Positions 11,721-25,657 of a stretch of DNA of 64,000 nt are shown piece by piece. Under the pieces are notes generated by a model. That model saw only the letters and a list, made by a program, of their open reading frames with translations. It was not told where the DNA came from and did no database searches. Position numbers and translations under genes: made by a program. This DNA is from Heptranchias perlo (taxonomy: Eukaryota): positions 25,048,001 through 25,112,000 of the forward strand of contig NC_090354.1 of NCBI RefSeq assembly GCF_035084215.1, given 5' to 3'. Each line of letters begins with the position of its first letter. The stretch's first letter is position 1.

Positions 11721-14700
11721 AGAGGGCGGCCTCTGGACTAGTACAGAAGTGTCCAAGTTCTTTGATCTGTGATCAATGGAGCCTCAGGAGTCACACGTAG
11801 GATGGGGTTCTTCTCTTCTCGGCGGAAAAGCGGTGGGGGTGGGAACTCCAACCCGCCATTGTGACCCCGCCGTAACCCCGAGTCATTTTCCTGAGCCTGG
11901 AGGTTGTTTGTTATGCCGGGAGGGCTCACCGCAACCGAGTGGGAGCCCACTGCCGCAAGGCCGGGAAATAGTAGCAGTGCTGCAGTGAGACCGCCACTAT
12001 TGCACCTGAAGAGGCGGAGATGAGTTAAAAGGGGAGGAAGAGCCCTGAAGTAGAAAGGTGGAGGTTGTTGTTTAGGCCTCTCCCTCCAGAGGGTGATTGT
12101 GGGCCATTACCGCCACTACCTCAGGGCCTACCGCCACCTTTTCCTTGGCGCTGCGTGGGGATGGCGGAGACAGTGGGGGTAAGCAGGGAAATGGAGGACA
12201 TCTCACCAGGCCTCACCTCCCTGCCAGCATTTGCGTGCCGCAGGCAGACAAGGAGCAGCTGTTGGCCATTGCAGCTGTGGAGGAGGGCAGTGAAATCGAG
12301 GTCTCGGTGTAAATGCAGCAGTGGGCCTCAGCTTTTGGCCCATTTTCCCCCACTATCCTACCTGATCTGGAGCAGGATAGCAGAGGAAAATGCAGCCCAT
12401 GAAGTTTTTAGGTTGAACTAAGTTCTTACAATTCTCTAAACCTTATAGAAAGGAAGGTCCCAGGTTCAATTCTCAATCTGTGTTGAGTTAGCTGATCTCA
12501 TCCACATACAGTACATGGGAATGCTTCAACTGGCCTCACTACTCCTGGGTTAGGGAGGGGGACAAAAATCAGACAAGACTTTCACTCCTGATCACTAATG
12601 ATTACCCTCACTCGAAGTATGTGCGAGTGTGTGCATCCAACCCAACTGCTCTGTTTAAAAAAGAAAGACTTGCATTTATACAGCACCGTTCACGACCTGA
12701 GGACATCCCAAAGCGCTTCACAGCCAATGAAGTACATTTGAAGTGTAGTCACTGTTGTAATGTAGGGAGTCTCGGCTCCCATATGGTGCAGTGCAAAGTG
12801 TCGGAGGGCTTTTGTGAAGCTGCATCCCGAACAGGAGCCAATTGGTGGAGGGGAACATGGCAAATTAAAGATGGTGATCTGAGCGACTGTCTCCCAATTT
12901 AGTGCCAGCGTGTGGCACTTGCTTCCATGGGCCCTCACAGTGGGATATCACGTAGTCAGTGAGAAGCAGTGTTGGAACACACTGACCTGCAATAGAATTC
13001 CCTTTTATCACAGTCCACACATTTAGCAAATCATAGAATCATAGAGCACAGCAGGAGGCCATTTGGCCCATCATGCCTTTGCCGACTCTTTGAAAGAGCT
13101 ATCCAATTAGTCCCACTCCCCTGCTCTTTCCCCATAGCCCTGTACATATTTTCTTTTCAAGTATATATCCAATTCCCTTTTGAAAGTTACAATTAAATCT
13201 GCTTCCACCACCCTTTCAGGCAGTGCATTCCAGATCATAACAACTCGCTGCGTTAAAAAAAAATCTCCTTATCTCCCCTCTGGCTCTTTTGCCAATTATC
13301 TTAAATCTGTCTCCTCTGGATACTGACCGTCCTGCCAGTGGAAATGACCATTACAGGCTCTGATCTGAAACATAAAACCAACAGCAAAGTAGCTCTGGAC
13401 TCACAATAGCACTGCTCCCCCCATGGTCATTTGCCACAGATTCTGACCTGCTCAGGCTGTAGGTTTGTGTTAATTGGAATCACGCAACCCGGGTCTTTTG
13501 GCTGAGTGTGGGGAGTTAATGAAAAACATGCTCTCGGCCTCAGACAATCAATTCAGTCCGAGTTTACAGAGAAAAAGCTGGCGTGTTGCATGAAAGTGTT
13601 TTTACAAAAGTTGTGTCAGTGGGTGATGGGGGGAAGGAGTGGGTGCTGATGTATTTGGATTTAGTGGAGTTGTTCAGTACTGGAGGGGGAGGAGCCTGCC
13701 TTTGCTGTATTGTGCACTGATCCTATTAAAGGCATTAGCAACATTCCAGGGTACCTCATTCCCTCTGCTATCCCACTTCCTGCCTCTGATCTTGTTACCT
13801 TCCCAGCCTGTTAACTGCACCAAGTAAACTAACGTCCTCTGTCTGCCATGCAGCGTGCTCCAGACTTACTGCAGTGGAAGTAACCGTTCTAAAATCTGTG
13901 TGTGAGTAGCTTGCCATCTTTCTGGGTGAGGGTTGGCCCCTCTCTGCCTTGCTTGCCATTGTCTAACTGCCGCTGTGTGCTGATATGCAGGAATTCCTCA
14001 GGATTGCAGCCTCTTAACGCTGAGCTCTGACTTGACTCAGTTGGGTTCTGTTAAACATTGACAGGCCCTTGTAAAACTTTTTTTCTCTCTCTAGGGAGGC
14101 CCAAAGGGTAAGAATACTGTCTGATGTGAGAGTCCTTCGGTCACAGAGTGGGAGTGTTGGAACTAACCCGGGGTGGAGCTGCGATGTGTCCTGGGATGGT
14201 CTCAGGCTGCGGACTCTGCTCGCAGACCGCAGTTTAAGTTGACTTTTTTTTTCCCGAAGGGTTTTGAGCAGGCTGCGGTGTTTGCTGGGCAGGTTTAGGG
14301 CTCTCTGTACTGGTCAGCCTCTGGGTTCTTGGGCTAAACTAGAACAACACTCTCAGTTTTAATGAGGCGGCGCGTTTGAACCAGGACCTAGTGATCTTTG
14401 TGATTTAAGTTGCTTCAGTCTGCGGACAAGTGATTCGACTGTTTCCATATTTGGTTGAAAATTATTTCCAGTAGAACTGCTTTTATTTTTTTCTCTCTTT
14501 CTGGAGCTTGTTCCCTCTCCTCCCAAAAGCATCCCAGGGCACAGGTCCACTGGCTGGGGAGAGGGGCAGTGCAACAACCTCTCAGTGCCTCATCCAAATG
14601 ACCACCTTGGTGTGTGAGCCCGGACACACACAGTATCTTCAACGATCAAGGCAGCACTGCAAAGCCCCCACATACACTTTCCAACGGGGGGTGGGGGGCT

Positions 14701-14751
14701 GTTACTGCAGCCTGATCAGGAGAATGAAGAGTGGCTGATTTCCTCCCTCTC

Positions 14752-15005
14752 CTTGCCAACCCTCCAGGATTGACCTGGAGTCTCCAGGAATTATCGATTA
14801 ATCTCCTGGAAGCTGCTGGGTGCAAAAACCCTGGAGAAAAATCATCGGGGCATTAAAAAGAACTTTTTTAATCATTTTCTTTGAACAGTTTCCTTGATTA
14901 GTTATAAAAATATTGGAGATGCGAAAAAAAGGTTGTTTGACTGGAGGGGGCAGGAGGTCATATGGTGAAACATCCAGGAATAGGTCCAACCGGAGTTGGC
15001 AACCC
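14752..15005. mobile_element. Non-autonomous DNA transposon with (AGGG)TTGCCAAC termini (hAT-like)
   Basis: TTGCCAACCCTCC...GGAGTTGGCAACCC ends; a related copy starts at 63897 (AGGGTTGCCAACTC) and runs off the window. Confidence 0.6.
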
Positions 15006-15774
15006 GAACGGAGGCACTGCCATCAATTGCAGCACTGGCTGTGATCAGGTGACTCAGTCCTGCCACCTTCCTGTCCTGTGTGGGTCTGTTCTGTAATGCG
15101 TGCTGTGCCCACCCACTGGGATGCCCCTTATTTTATTGGGTTTTGTGTGATAGTTTTGCCCGCTATCCCTTTAACACAAACTGGTGCAGACTTAACGCAG
15201 ACTGGTGTCCCCTGCCTGCGTTCGCACTCCGGCAAACCCAGAGACCCCGAGGAATTCAGCCAAGTGAAGGAGTGGATAATGATGCCTGCCCAGGAGTTTG
15301 TGACAGACTGACATCCCCACCACGGGCTTCTGTGAGGTGAGCAGACCCAGGGCTGCTACCTGCACATGTGACAGCAAACTGTCATGCCCAGAGGTTGGTT
15401 TAGTCAGCTGCGATGCCCCTGCCAGATTCTTTACAATCATGCATTTTTCTCCTGGCAAGTAAGAATATAAATGTTGCAGTTACAGGTCGAGATGTTTGGT
15501 TTGACCGCTTAAAAGCAGATTAAAGATTTGTGCAGTGTGGTGAGGTTGGAGAGTACTGCAGGTGCAGGTCAGACAGCAGGGTGGGGTCACTGGTTCAGCT
15601 CATGCCATCCCGTTCTGGTCGGACTTGCTGTTCACTCCAGGGAAGATTTGTTCTGCTAGCTATGTGGGGCAACATTGTAAACACGGGCAGGAAGAATTCC
15701 TTTGGTATTTATACTGGAATTGTAAACAGGTTCTTTTGGAACACACAATGACCACAGCAAATTCCTCCCCTGTT

Positions 15775-18091
15775 ATCATTCAGGGCCTGTGTTCATACTG
15801 TACACAATATCACTCTGGGCCTGTGTTCATGCTGTACTCACTATCACTTTGGGCCTGTTTTCATACTGTATTCACTGTCACTCAGGGCTTGTGTTCATAC
15901 TGTATTCACTCTATCATTCAGGGCCTGTGTTCATACTGTATTCACTCTCATTCAGGGCCTGTGTTCATACTGTATTCACTCTCATTCAGGGCCTGTGTTC
16001 ATACTGTATTTACTCTGTCATTCAAGGCCTGTGTTCATACTGTATTCACTATCACTCAGGGCCTGTGTTCATACTGTACTCACTGTCACTCAGGGCCTGT
16101 GTTTATACTGTATTTACTCTGTCATTCAGGGCCTGTGTTCATACTGTATTCACTATCACTCAGGGCCTGTGTTCATACTGTACTCTATTACTCTAAGCCT
16201 GTGTTCATATTGTGCTCATTATATCATTCTGGGCCTGTGTTCATACTGTACACACTCTATCACTTTGGTCCTGTGTTCATACCATATTCATTATGACTCA
16301 GGGCTTGTGTTCATACTGTATTCACTCTATCATTCAGGGCCTGTGTTCATACTGTATTCACTCTATCATTCAGGGCCTGTGTTCATACTGTATTCACTCT
16401 CTCATTCAGGTTCTGTGTTCATACTGTATTCACTCTCACTCAGGGCCTGTGTTCATACTGTATTCACTCTCATTCAGGGCCTGTGTTCATACTGTATTCA
16501 CTCTATCATTCAGGGCCTGTGTTCATACTGTATTCACTCTCATTCAGGGCCTGTGTTCATACTGTATTCACTCTCATTCAGGGCCTGTGTTCATACTGTA
16601 TTTACTCTATCATTCAGGGCCTGTGTTCATACTGTATTCACTCTATCATTCAGGGCCTGTGTTCATACTGTATTTACTCTATCACTCAGGGCCTGTGTTC
16701 ATACTGTATTCACTCTATCATTCAGGGCCTGTGTTCATACTGTATTCACTCTATCATTCAGGGCCTGTGTTCATACTGTATTCACTCTCATTCAGGGCCT
16801 GTGTTCATACTGTATTCACTCTCATTCAGGGCCTGTGTTCATACTGTATTTACTCTCTCACTCAGGGCCTGTGTTCATACTGTATTCACTCTCTCACTCA
16901 GGGTCTGTGTTCATACTGTATTCACTCTCATTCAGGGCCTGTGTTCATACTGTATTCACTCTATCACTCAGGGTCTGTGTTCATACTGTATTCACTCTCA
17001 TTCAGGGCCTGTGTTCATACTGTATTCACTCTATCACTCAGGGCCTGTGTTCATACTGTATTCACTCTCATTCAGGGCCTGTGTTCATACTGTATTCACT
17101 CTATCACTCAGGGTCTGTGTTCATACTGTATTCACTATCATTCAGGGCCTGTGTTCATACTGTATTCACTCTATCACTCAGGGCCTGTGTTCATACTGTA
17201 TTCACTCTCATTCAGGGCCTGTGTTCATACTGTATTCACTGTCTCACTCAGGGTCTGTGTTCATACTGTATTCACTCTCATTCAGGGCCTGTGTTCATAC
17301 TGTATTCACTCTCATTCAGGGCCTGTGTTCATACTGTATTCACTCTCTCACTCAGGGTCTGTGTTCATACTGTATTCACTCTCATTCAGGGCCTGTGTTC
17401 AGACTGTATTCACTCTCATTCAGGGCCTGTGTTCATACTGTATTCACTCTCTCACTCAGGGTCTGTGTTCATACTGTATTCACTCTCATTCAGGGCCTGT
17501 GTTCATACTGTATTCACTCTCTCACTCAGGGTCTGTGTTCATACTGTATTCACTCTCATTCAGGGCCTGTGTTCAGACTGTATTCACTCTCACTCAGGGC
17601 CTGTGTTCATACTGTATTCACTCTCTCACTCAGGGTCTGTGTTCATACTGTATTCACTATCATTCAGGGCCTGTGTTCATACTGTATTCACTCTCTCACT
17701 CAGGGTCTGAGTTCATACTGTATTCACTCTCATTCAGGGCCTGTGTTCATACTGTATTCACTGTCTCACTCAGGGTCTCTGTTCATACTGTATTCACTCT
17801 CTCACTCAGGGTCTGTGTTCATACTGTATTCACTATCATTCAGGGCCTGTGTTCATACTGTATTCACTCTCTCACTCAGGGTCTGAGTTCATACTGTATT
17901 CACTCTCATTCAGGGCCTGTGTTCATACAGTATTCACTGTCTCACTCAGGGCCTGTGTTCATACTGTATTCACTCTGTCACTCAGGGTCTGTGTTCAGAC
18001 TGTATTCACTCTCATTCAGGGCCTGTGTTCAGACTGTATTCACTCTCTCACTCAGGGTCTGTGTTCATACTGTATTCACTCTATCACTCAG
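15775..18091. repeat. Minisatellite, 32/34-bp unit TCATTCAGGGCCTGTGTTCATACTGTATTCACTC(TA/TC), about 70 copies
   Basis: Directly visible tandem array with a 2-bp length variant. Confidence 0.96.
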
Positions 18092-18092
18092 G

Positions 18093-18770
18093 TAGGAGAC
18101 AGCGAGTAGGGATAAAGTGAATGTACTCTGATTGGCGGGATGTTACAAGTGGTGTTCCCCAGGGATCAATGTGGGCAAGTGCGAGGACATCCACATTGGA
18201 TCCAAGAAAGACAAATTGGAATATTTTCTTAATGGTGAGAGACTAGGAACTGTGGAAGAGCAAAACTATTTGGGTGTCGAGGTATGGAAATCATCAAAAG
18301 CTAGTGCACAGGTACAAAAAGTAATCAAAAAGTCTAATGGAATGTTGGCCTTTATCTCAAGGGGGTGGAATACAAAGTGAAGGAAATGATGCTTTGGTTG
18401 GACAGTGCCTTGGTCAGACCCCATGTGGAGTACTGCGTTCAGTTTTGGGCACCGCATCTCAGAAAGGATATATTATATCTACCCTATCAAATCATTTTAA
18501 CATTTTAAACACCTTGTACAGACACTGCTCAATTTTCTATACTCAAGGGAATACAAGCCAAGTTCATGCAACCTGTCATCATAATTTAACCTTCTAAGCC
18601 CTGATATCATGTAGGCTGCACCCCCTCCAAGGCCAGCATATCCTTAATAATTTGTGTTCTTGGACTCCCAAATCTCTTTGCTGCTCTACGATACCTGGTT
18701 TCTAACCATCTAGAAAATACTCCAATTTATCTTTCTTAGAACCAAAGTGGATGAACTCACACTTGCCTAT
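18093..18770. mobile_element. Two decayed CR1 RT fragments in opposite orientations
   Basis: + strand GVPQGS...YLGV...EYCVQFW; 18480-18770 is the same family on the minus strand. Confidence 0.75.
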
Positions 18771-21289
18771 GATGGCCCCTAAGTGAGTTGTTAAGTCCTC
18801 GCTATGTTAGGATGGTTCTGTGACTTGGAGTGTCCCACCACATAGATATGTTGCAAAGGCCTCACGGCTTCAGTGACAAAACCATCCCTCCGATAGGGTC
18901 CTGAGCAGCTTTGCAATGTACCTGCACAATAGGAATTCACTACTCTTCTGAATTCTGCAGTTTGCAAATGATGAGGCATATCCAAATAAGGATGTGATCC
19001 CAGGCCCGCCTCTGAACAGCTCTTTGAAGGGGTGGGGTTGGATGGAGATCCAAACAAAGCGGCAGCATAAATGGGGGAGATTGGTGCATGGAGCTCCCTC
19101 TCCCAGACTAAAAGAACAAACAAAGAGGTCATATAAAGCCATCTTTAAATAGGGGAACAAGCAGTGACTGAAGGAAACCCGTTCACACACATTTATGATC
19201 ATTTATGCAACAATTCAGTTCAATCCAGTTCACTTTCAAGCTTGGAGTGTGGGAGGGAAGGGAATATTCAGGGAAAAGGAGAAGAGAGTTGGTTAATAAG
19301 TAAATTGTACAATAATTAAATAATTGGAACCGACTTAACATGCATTTAAATTACATGAGGATGGGGTCAGAGCGATTTTTACACAATGCATGTAAAATGG
19401 TATTCAATGCTCATTTATATAGTGTATCATTAGTAACGGTTATATTCACACATAGTATTCGCTTATCATCAAACTGGTTCTTACAAAGCAACAAACCAGA
19501 ATTAAATTCAAATACCTCCAGTTTTCCCTTTAATGAAACCAACACATGTAATATAAACAGACTTATTTGTTTCACCGCTCTGTTTCTTTAAATGGATGTG
19601 GGGAAGCAGTAATCTTTATTTCAAACTCCGCATTTACAATACTGTACAGCATTGCTAGCTCACTCACAGCCCCCTCAGCTCTCCACAGTGGCCGGTACTA
19701 CGTTTGTACAGGTATTTGGTCAGCCTGTGTCCTAGGTGGCTCTATAGTCGGAGTCAATATCTAAGCTAGCTGCTTCAGCCTAGCAACTAACCTTACCACT
19801 TCATGAGATTCAGCTGATATTACACACAGGCGGGAAGCCTGTATAACTCACTCAGAGCTTTGTTGTTTGCTTGTGAATTTTTGGGTTTCCCACGTTTACT
19901 TTCACTCCCATGACATTCTATATTTTTCATCACCTCCTCCTCCCATACATACAAAAGAATTCAGGAAACCTGCTTTTAGGCTCTGACAGGGCTGCTGTCA
20001 CCAAACACTAGGATAGAGTGCCAAAACAAGCTGGGGTAACTGTCCCTCATCTTTAACCCATCCCTGTGTAGATGCACTGAGGAGCTTCAGTCAGGTCCTG
20101 TTAGATGAGATGTGGTGGTAATCACAGGTTGCTTCCTACCAATGCATCGGCACACCCAACGTTTCACACACCCCTTCCCCCTGGGTCTTTCAGATTTGGA
20201 AGCCACTCTGCATCGGTCCCAATTGAGTAACATCTATTTGTACTGATCTACTTCCTATATTGTCCAGTAGTATTATTAGGATTACCGCAAAGCTCGAGGC
20301 CAGATGGGATATCCCAGTGTGTATACATAGCCTTGTGTGCATTGCTACTGTTATGTACTTCCAGGTCAGTGATCCCAGCATTACCTTAATAATGGAATGC
20401 CACTACACTAGTAAACAACACCACTCAACTTACATTTATATTGTTTCCTGCACACATCAAAATGTCTTGAAGTTCTTTACAAAGGGAGACTGGGCAGCAA
20501 ATGGGGAAAACTCTTCACCATTACTGAATTAGAATTCTAATTACATGGAGCAAATAATCATATTGAACACCAATAAATAGACTTCTCAGTCTTTTTTTAA
20601 ATTATTAATCAAAGGATTTGAAAAGAGACTGGAAGAAATTGAGACACCCCATGAGCAGTTTCTGCTGGGAGCTGTCACCGTTTTGTTTGCTGTTGTATTT
20701 CTTAGTTAGCGATTGGGTCAAATGTCAAACCAAGCCTGCGCTGTTTGCTTTCCAAATGATCGGAGCCTGCGCGGAAATGGTTGATCAGGCAGACGACTGG
20801 GGAAAGAATTACAGGTGTTAAGAATTGCAGTCCAGGTAAGAGAATACAATGAAGTAAAAACAGGATATCATCAACAGAGCTTGAAACTCTGACAGGGGTC
20901 GTTTTCTCAGATGAGGCCTGGTGTGTGTGGTTCAAGGGAAGTGCTGACAGACCCGCACTAGATGGAAAGACTTGACTGAATGTATACAGCCTGGAATTTA
21001 TTGCAGAACGATTGTAAAACTATGTCAGCACTGAGTGAACTGAGAGAAACAGAGCAGGTGATACTTTTTCAACCATAAGTGGTTTGGTAGTCAGAGAGAA
21101 AAGCATTGCGACACTGACCTGGAGCTGACAGGCAGGTTCTGCTGATACTTGGAGCAGTAAGTAATGTTTGAGAGAGAAGTGATTTTCAGTTTGTTCGGTA
21201 TATCTGTTTGGCTGGCCTGTCGCTGGCCTGTTACCAAGCTGCCTGTTTGCTGTTACTTCAGAAAATGCACCGCCTGAGGTAAAACTGAA

Positions 21290-21660
21290 CCACGCACACC
21301 AGGAAAGTCCTGCGTTCGCTCGCTAGTCTACGCTGAATTAATTGATCTCAGTTGCAGAGGGGGGCTTCAGGTTGCTTCTGTGTCCCGAGGTTTGGGAAAG
21401 GAGGATTTGGTTGACATTCCCATTCCTGATCATGACGCGGTAACAACTGCTTGAAAGTGGGCACGTGTGGGTGTTGGGTGAGGGCAGGGTCAGGTGCAGC
21501 TTTGATGCCCTCTGTGGTTGAATAGGCCCCTAAACATGCACTGTTAAGGCTCGCATGTTAAGAGCGCCCATGTGGGTGATGTGCCAGATGGTTGCTGGGT
21601 ATCGTGGAACTGTACTTCAACCTGAGTCAGTGTGGTCAGGAGAGGAGAGGTGAAAGGACC
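21290..21660 (+). mobile_element. LF-SINE-like element (diverged, near full length)
   Basis: Collinear motifs through GTGGAACTGTAC...CAGGAGAGGAG. Confidence 0.68.
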
Positions 21661-22039
21661 GAGAAAGTAACCGAGAACTCTAAGATGCCAGTGTTGGTGG
21701 TGTGTTCCAATATATTCTCTGGGAAACTGATTTAAATCAGTGAAAAAAGTCCTGAGGTGATGTTCCATGTTATCGGGCTTTATTGGACCAAGCTCAGTTT
21801 GGGATAATGTAATGACCCAGCAGGTTTAAGTGTTGCTTGCGATGGACTGTATGAAATACTCAAGCCCACTATTTAGTCGGGGGCGGGGGTGGGGGTGGGG
21901 GTTCGGGCAGCGGCATGTTAATGAGGCCGTTACAATCGGCTGGGCCTCCCCACTGCCGCTGTGGGACTGGCCCGGCCACTCGCTAGGTTGCGTTTCCACC
22001 TGGGAGTTAAAATCGACCCCCAGGTGTGACCACACATTG

Positions 22040-22995
22040 GAGCATAGGAACAGGAGTAGGCCATTCAGCCCCTCAAGCCTGTTTTGTCATTCAGTTAGAT
22101 TACGGCTGATCTGTACCTCAACTCCATTTACCCACCTTAGCTCCATATCCCTCGATACCCATATCTAACAAAAATCTATCGATCTCAGCTGTGAAAATTT
22201 CAATTGCTCCAGCCTCCACAGCCTTTTGGGGGAGAGAATTCCAGATTTCCACGGCCCTTTATATGAAAAAGTGCTTTCTGATTTCACTGCTAAATGGCCT
22301 AGCTCTAATGTTAAGATTATGCCCCCCTTGTTCTGGATTTCCTCACCAGAGAAAATAGTTTCTCTGTATTCACCCTATCGAATCGCTTTATTATTAAATC
22401 ACCCCAGAACCTTCTAAATTTAAGGGAATTGAAAACCAAGTTTATGTAACCTGTCCTTATAATTTAGCCCTTTAAGCTTTGGTGTAATTCTGATGAATCT
22501 GTGCTGTAGCTTCTTAAGACCAATATATCCGTCCTGAGGTTCAGTGCTCAAAACCGAATGCGGTTCTCCGGTTTGGGTCTGACCAAGGCTCTGTACAAAT
22601 GAAGCATTAATTCCAGCCCCCTTGAGATAAAGTTCATCATTTCATTAGCCTTTGTGATTACTTTTTGTACCTGAGCACTAGCTTTTAGTTATCTGCGTAC
22701 ATGGACACCTGAACCCCTTTGCTCCTGCACAGCTCCAAGACTCTCACCATTAAGAAAATACTCCGATTTGTCTATCTCGGACCCAAAGTGGATGACCTCA
22801 CACTTCCCCACATTGAACTCCATCTGCCATTGTTTTGCCCAATATGTCCCTTTGTAACTTCCTGCCTGCATGTACACAATTTTCTGTGCCTCCTAACTTA
22901 ACATCGGCTGCAAACTTGGATATACAACTCTCTATCCCTTCATCCAAGTCATTGATATATATGGTGAAAAGCTGAGGCCCCAGTACAGATCCCTG
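22040..22995 (-). mobile_element. CR1 (HER1-like) LINE 3' fragment
   Basis: WAKQWQMEFNVGKCEVIHFG motif on the minus strand; tail CATAGGAACAGGAGTAGGCCATTCAGCCC. Confidence 0.88.
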
Positions 22996-24194
22996 AGTTG
23001 TAAACTTCTATGGCTCAGAGGCTTCCTAGTGAGTTGGTTACACTTACAACAGCAGAGAAGCCTATGTGCAGGTCACTCACTGGTTCTCTCTGCTGGGGAA
23101 TGTGTGAGGGGAGAGTGCACAAAATAAATCATGAACAATCCTGTAAAGTTTTGTACAAGAATTGAGTCTGCGCACCCAAGAGTACATGGTTGTCAACTTG
23201 ATTTGTTACTTGGGAGATGTATCTCTCTGAAGGAGGTTGAAACATGATTAAAGTGTGCTGTTTATAAAGGGGATGATAGCTCCGTGATGGTCAGGGTGTC
23301 TGCACTTTCCTGATATGTGTGACCGGGAGATAGGGCTGCCGTTGGTACCGTGACTTCGTAAAATTGGCCCTTTAAAATTCACACATGCACCATGGGACAG
23401 CTGGAACAAAACCTCAGCGAAATTCAGTGCCTTCACAAGGGGAAGAGTGGGGTGCGGAGAAGGGAATTGTGAGTTACAAGACCTGATAAAGAGTTTCCTA
23501 ATAAGAACTGAATCAAATCCACAAGACTTGCACACTGTGAGCTATGCCACAGGTTGGTAAGACACGGGTCAGTGTCTGTGGATTCTCGTGTGTTTTTTTA
23601 AATTTGTTCATGGGATGTGGGCGACACTGGCAAGGCAATATTTATTGCCCATCCCTAGCTGCCCAGAGGCATTAAGAATCACCACATAGTAGTGGGGGAA
23701 TCAAGAACAAGGGGACATAATCTTAAAATTAGAGCTAGGATGTTCAGGAGTGAAATCAGGAAGCACTTCTTCACACAAAGGGTGGTAGAAATCTGGAATT
23801 AATTTCCCCAAAAGGCTGTGGATGCTGGGAGACAATTGGAGGTTTCAAGACTGAAATCAATAGATTTTTGTCAGGTAAGGGAGCAAAGGTGGGTAATGGA
23901 GTTGAGATACAGATCAGCTATTGACTGGCAGAGTCGGCTGAACAACCTAATCCTATTCCTAAAGTGGGATTGGATTCACATGTAGGCCAGGGGATGGTAG
24001 GCTCTCTTCCCTGAAAGGCTTTCATGGTCATTCCTTCCTGGTGCCAGCACACAAATTACCAGATTAAACATATTTAATTTCACAATTACTACAGTGGGAT
24101 TTGAACTCATAACCTCTAGGTTACTAGTCTAGTACCATCACCACTAAGCTATCATGCCCTCTGTAGAGAATTAAGAAACATTTTTTTTCATCTC

Positions 24195-24555
24195 ACCCTC
24201 CTCTTCCACTGCTGAAGGCAGTGACTCTTGCTGGTGTTACAGTTCAACAGACCCTGGCAGCCCCTCCGCTACCTCACACAAATGGCCATTCCTCACAAGT
24301 CAACCTGGACAGTAAGAGTCCTCTGGATATTCATCCATGATGGGCATCACAGCTGAGCCCAATTCTGTCCTCACCCAGCATCTACACATCTGGCACTTTT
24401 CCTTGAGGAGTCACTGATTTGCAATCAGAAGCACAAACCATGGCTGATTGTTCCCCTTCTCCTTCTCTAGCCCAGTGGCACTGAGGCCAGTTGTAGCTGA
24501 GATTACCTAACTGAGCACAGAGCAGATTTAACCTGGAACCTTCCTGGCCTGTGTT
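24195..24555 (-). mobile_element. LF-SINE-like element
   Basis: Reverse-complement collinear motifs. Confidence 0.7.
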
Positions 24556-24589
24556 CCATTCCACAGCAGAATCACCCAGATGAGTACAA

Positions 24590-25625
24590 TAACACCAACA
24601 ACTTGCATTTATATAGCACCTTTAAAGTAGAAAAACATCCCAAGGCACTTCACAGAAGCATAATCAGATAAAAATTGACCGAGTCAAAGATGGAGATACT
24701 AGGAGAGGTGACTAAAAGCCTGGTCAAAGAGGTAGGTTTTAAGCAGGCTCTTAAAGGAGGAGAGTGAGGTGGAGAGGAGCTTAGGTTTAGGGAGGGAATT
24801 CCAGAGCATGAGGCCTAGACAGCTGAAGGCACAGCCGCCAATGTTGGGTGAAGGAAGTGGGGGATGCACAAAAGGCCAGAGTTGGAGGAACGCAGAGTTC
24901 TTGGAGGGTTGTAAGGCTGGAGGAGGTTACAGAGTTAGGGAGGGAAAAGGCCATGAAGGGATTCGAATACGATGAAATTGTAGGTGTTGAGCTACCAGGT
25001 GCCAATGTAGGACAGTGAGCACAGTGGTGATGGGTGAGTGGGACTTGTTGCAGAGTTTTGGATGAGCTGAAGTTTACATAGGGTAGAGGATGGGAGGCCA
25101 GCCAGGGAGAGCATTGGAATAGTAGTGTCTTGAGGTGACAAATGCATGGATGTGGGTTTTGGCAGCAGAGGAGCTGAGGCAGAGGCGGAGACCGGCAATG
25201 TTACGTAGGTGGAGGTAGGCGGGCTTTATGATGGAGAGATAATGGGGTCAGAATCTCAGCCCGAGGTAATTAGGATTCTGGGATTGTGAACAGTCAGCTT
25301 CAACCTGAGACAGTGGGGGTGATTTTAAACCCCAAGAACGGGTGGGTTGGGGGTGGGTGGGAGTTGAAAATAGTTGTTTTTTGGGTCGCGACCGCAACCC
25401 GGCTTTATTTCCGGGTTTAAAGTCAGCGCGGAAAAGTACAGGCTTCTCACTGGGAATGCAAAGTCCGAATATTTTGCGGTTGCGACCCAAAAAAACAACT
25501 ATTTTCAACTCCCACTTGCTCCCAACCCACCTGTTCTTGGGGTTTAAAATCACCCCCGTGGTGAAGTCAGTGCCGAGGGTACGGAGACTGTGGTAGGGGC
25601 TGAAGACGATGGCTTCGGTCTTCTC
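24590..25625 (-). mobile_element. L2-type LINE 3' fragment (hosts the MITE at 25315)
   Basis: LAGLPSSTLCKLQLIQNSA motif; tail TATATAAATGCAAGTTGTTG shared with copies at 11250, 32900, 46740, 55750 and 56630. Confidence 0.8.
25315..25557. mobile_element. Palindromic MITE (Harbinger-like ends) inserted in an L2-type LINE
   Basis: GGGGGTGATTTTAAACCCCAAGAAC...GTTCTTGGGGTTTAAAATCACCCCC; arms complementary for about 85 bp; short GT/GTG duplication at the flanks. Confidence 0.85.
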
Positions 25626-25657
25626 AAAATAAAAAGCGGCACAAAGCTGAACTCATA

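Noticed and set aside
15562-18109. Overlapping ORFs of 467-627 aa
   Set aside because: All three + frames are open because the 32/34-bp unit lacks stops; no unique coding flanks
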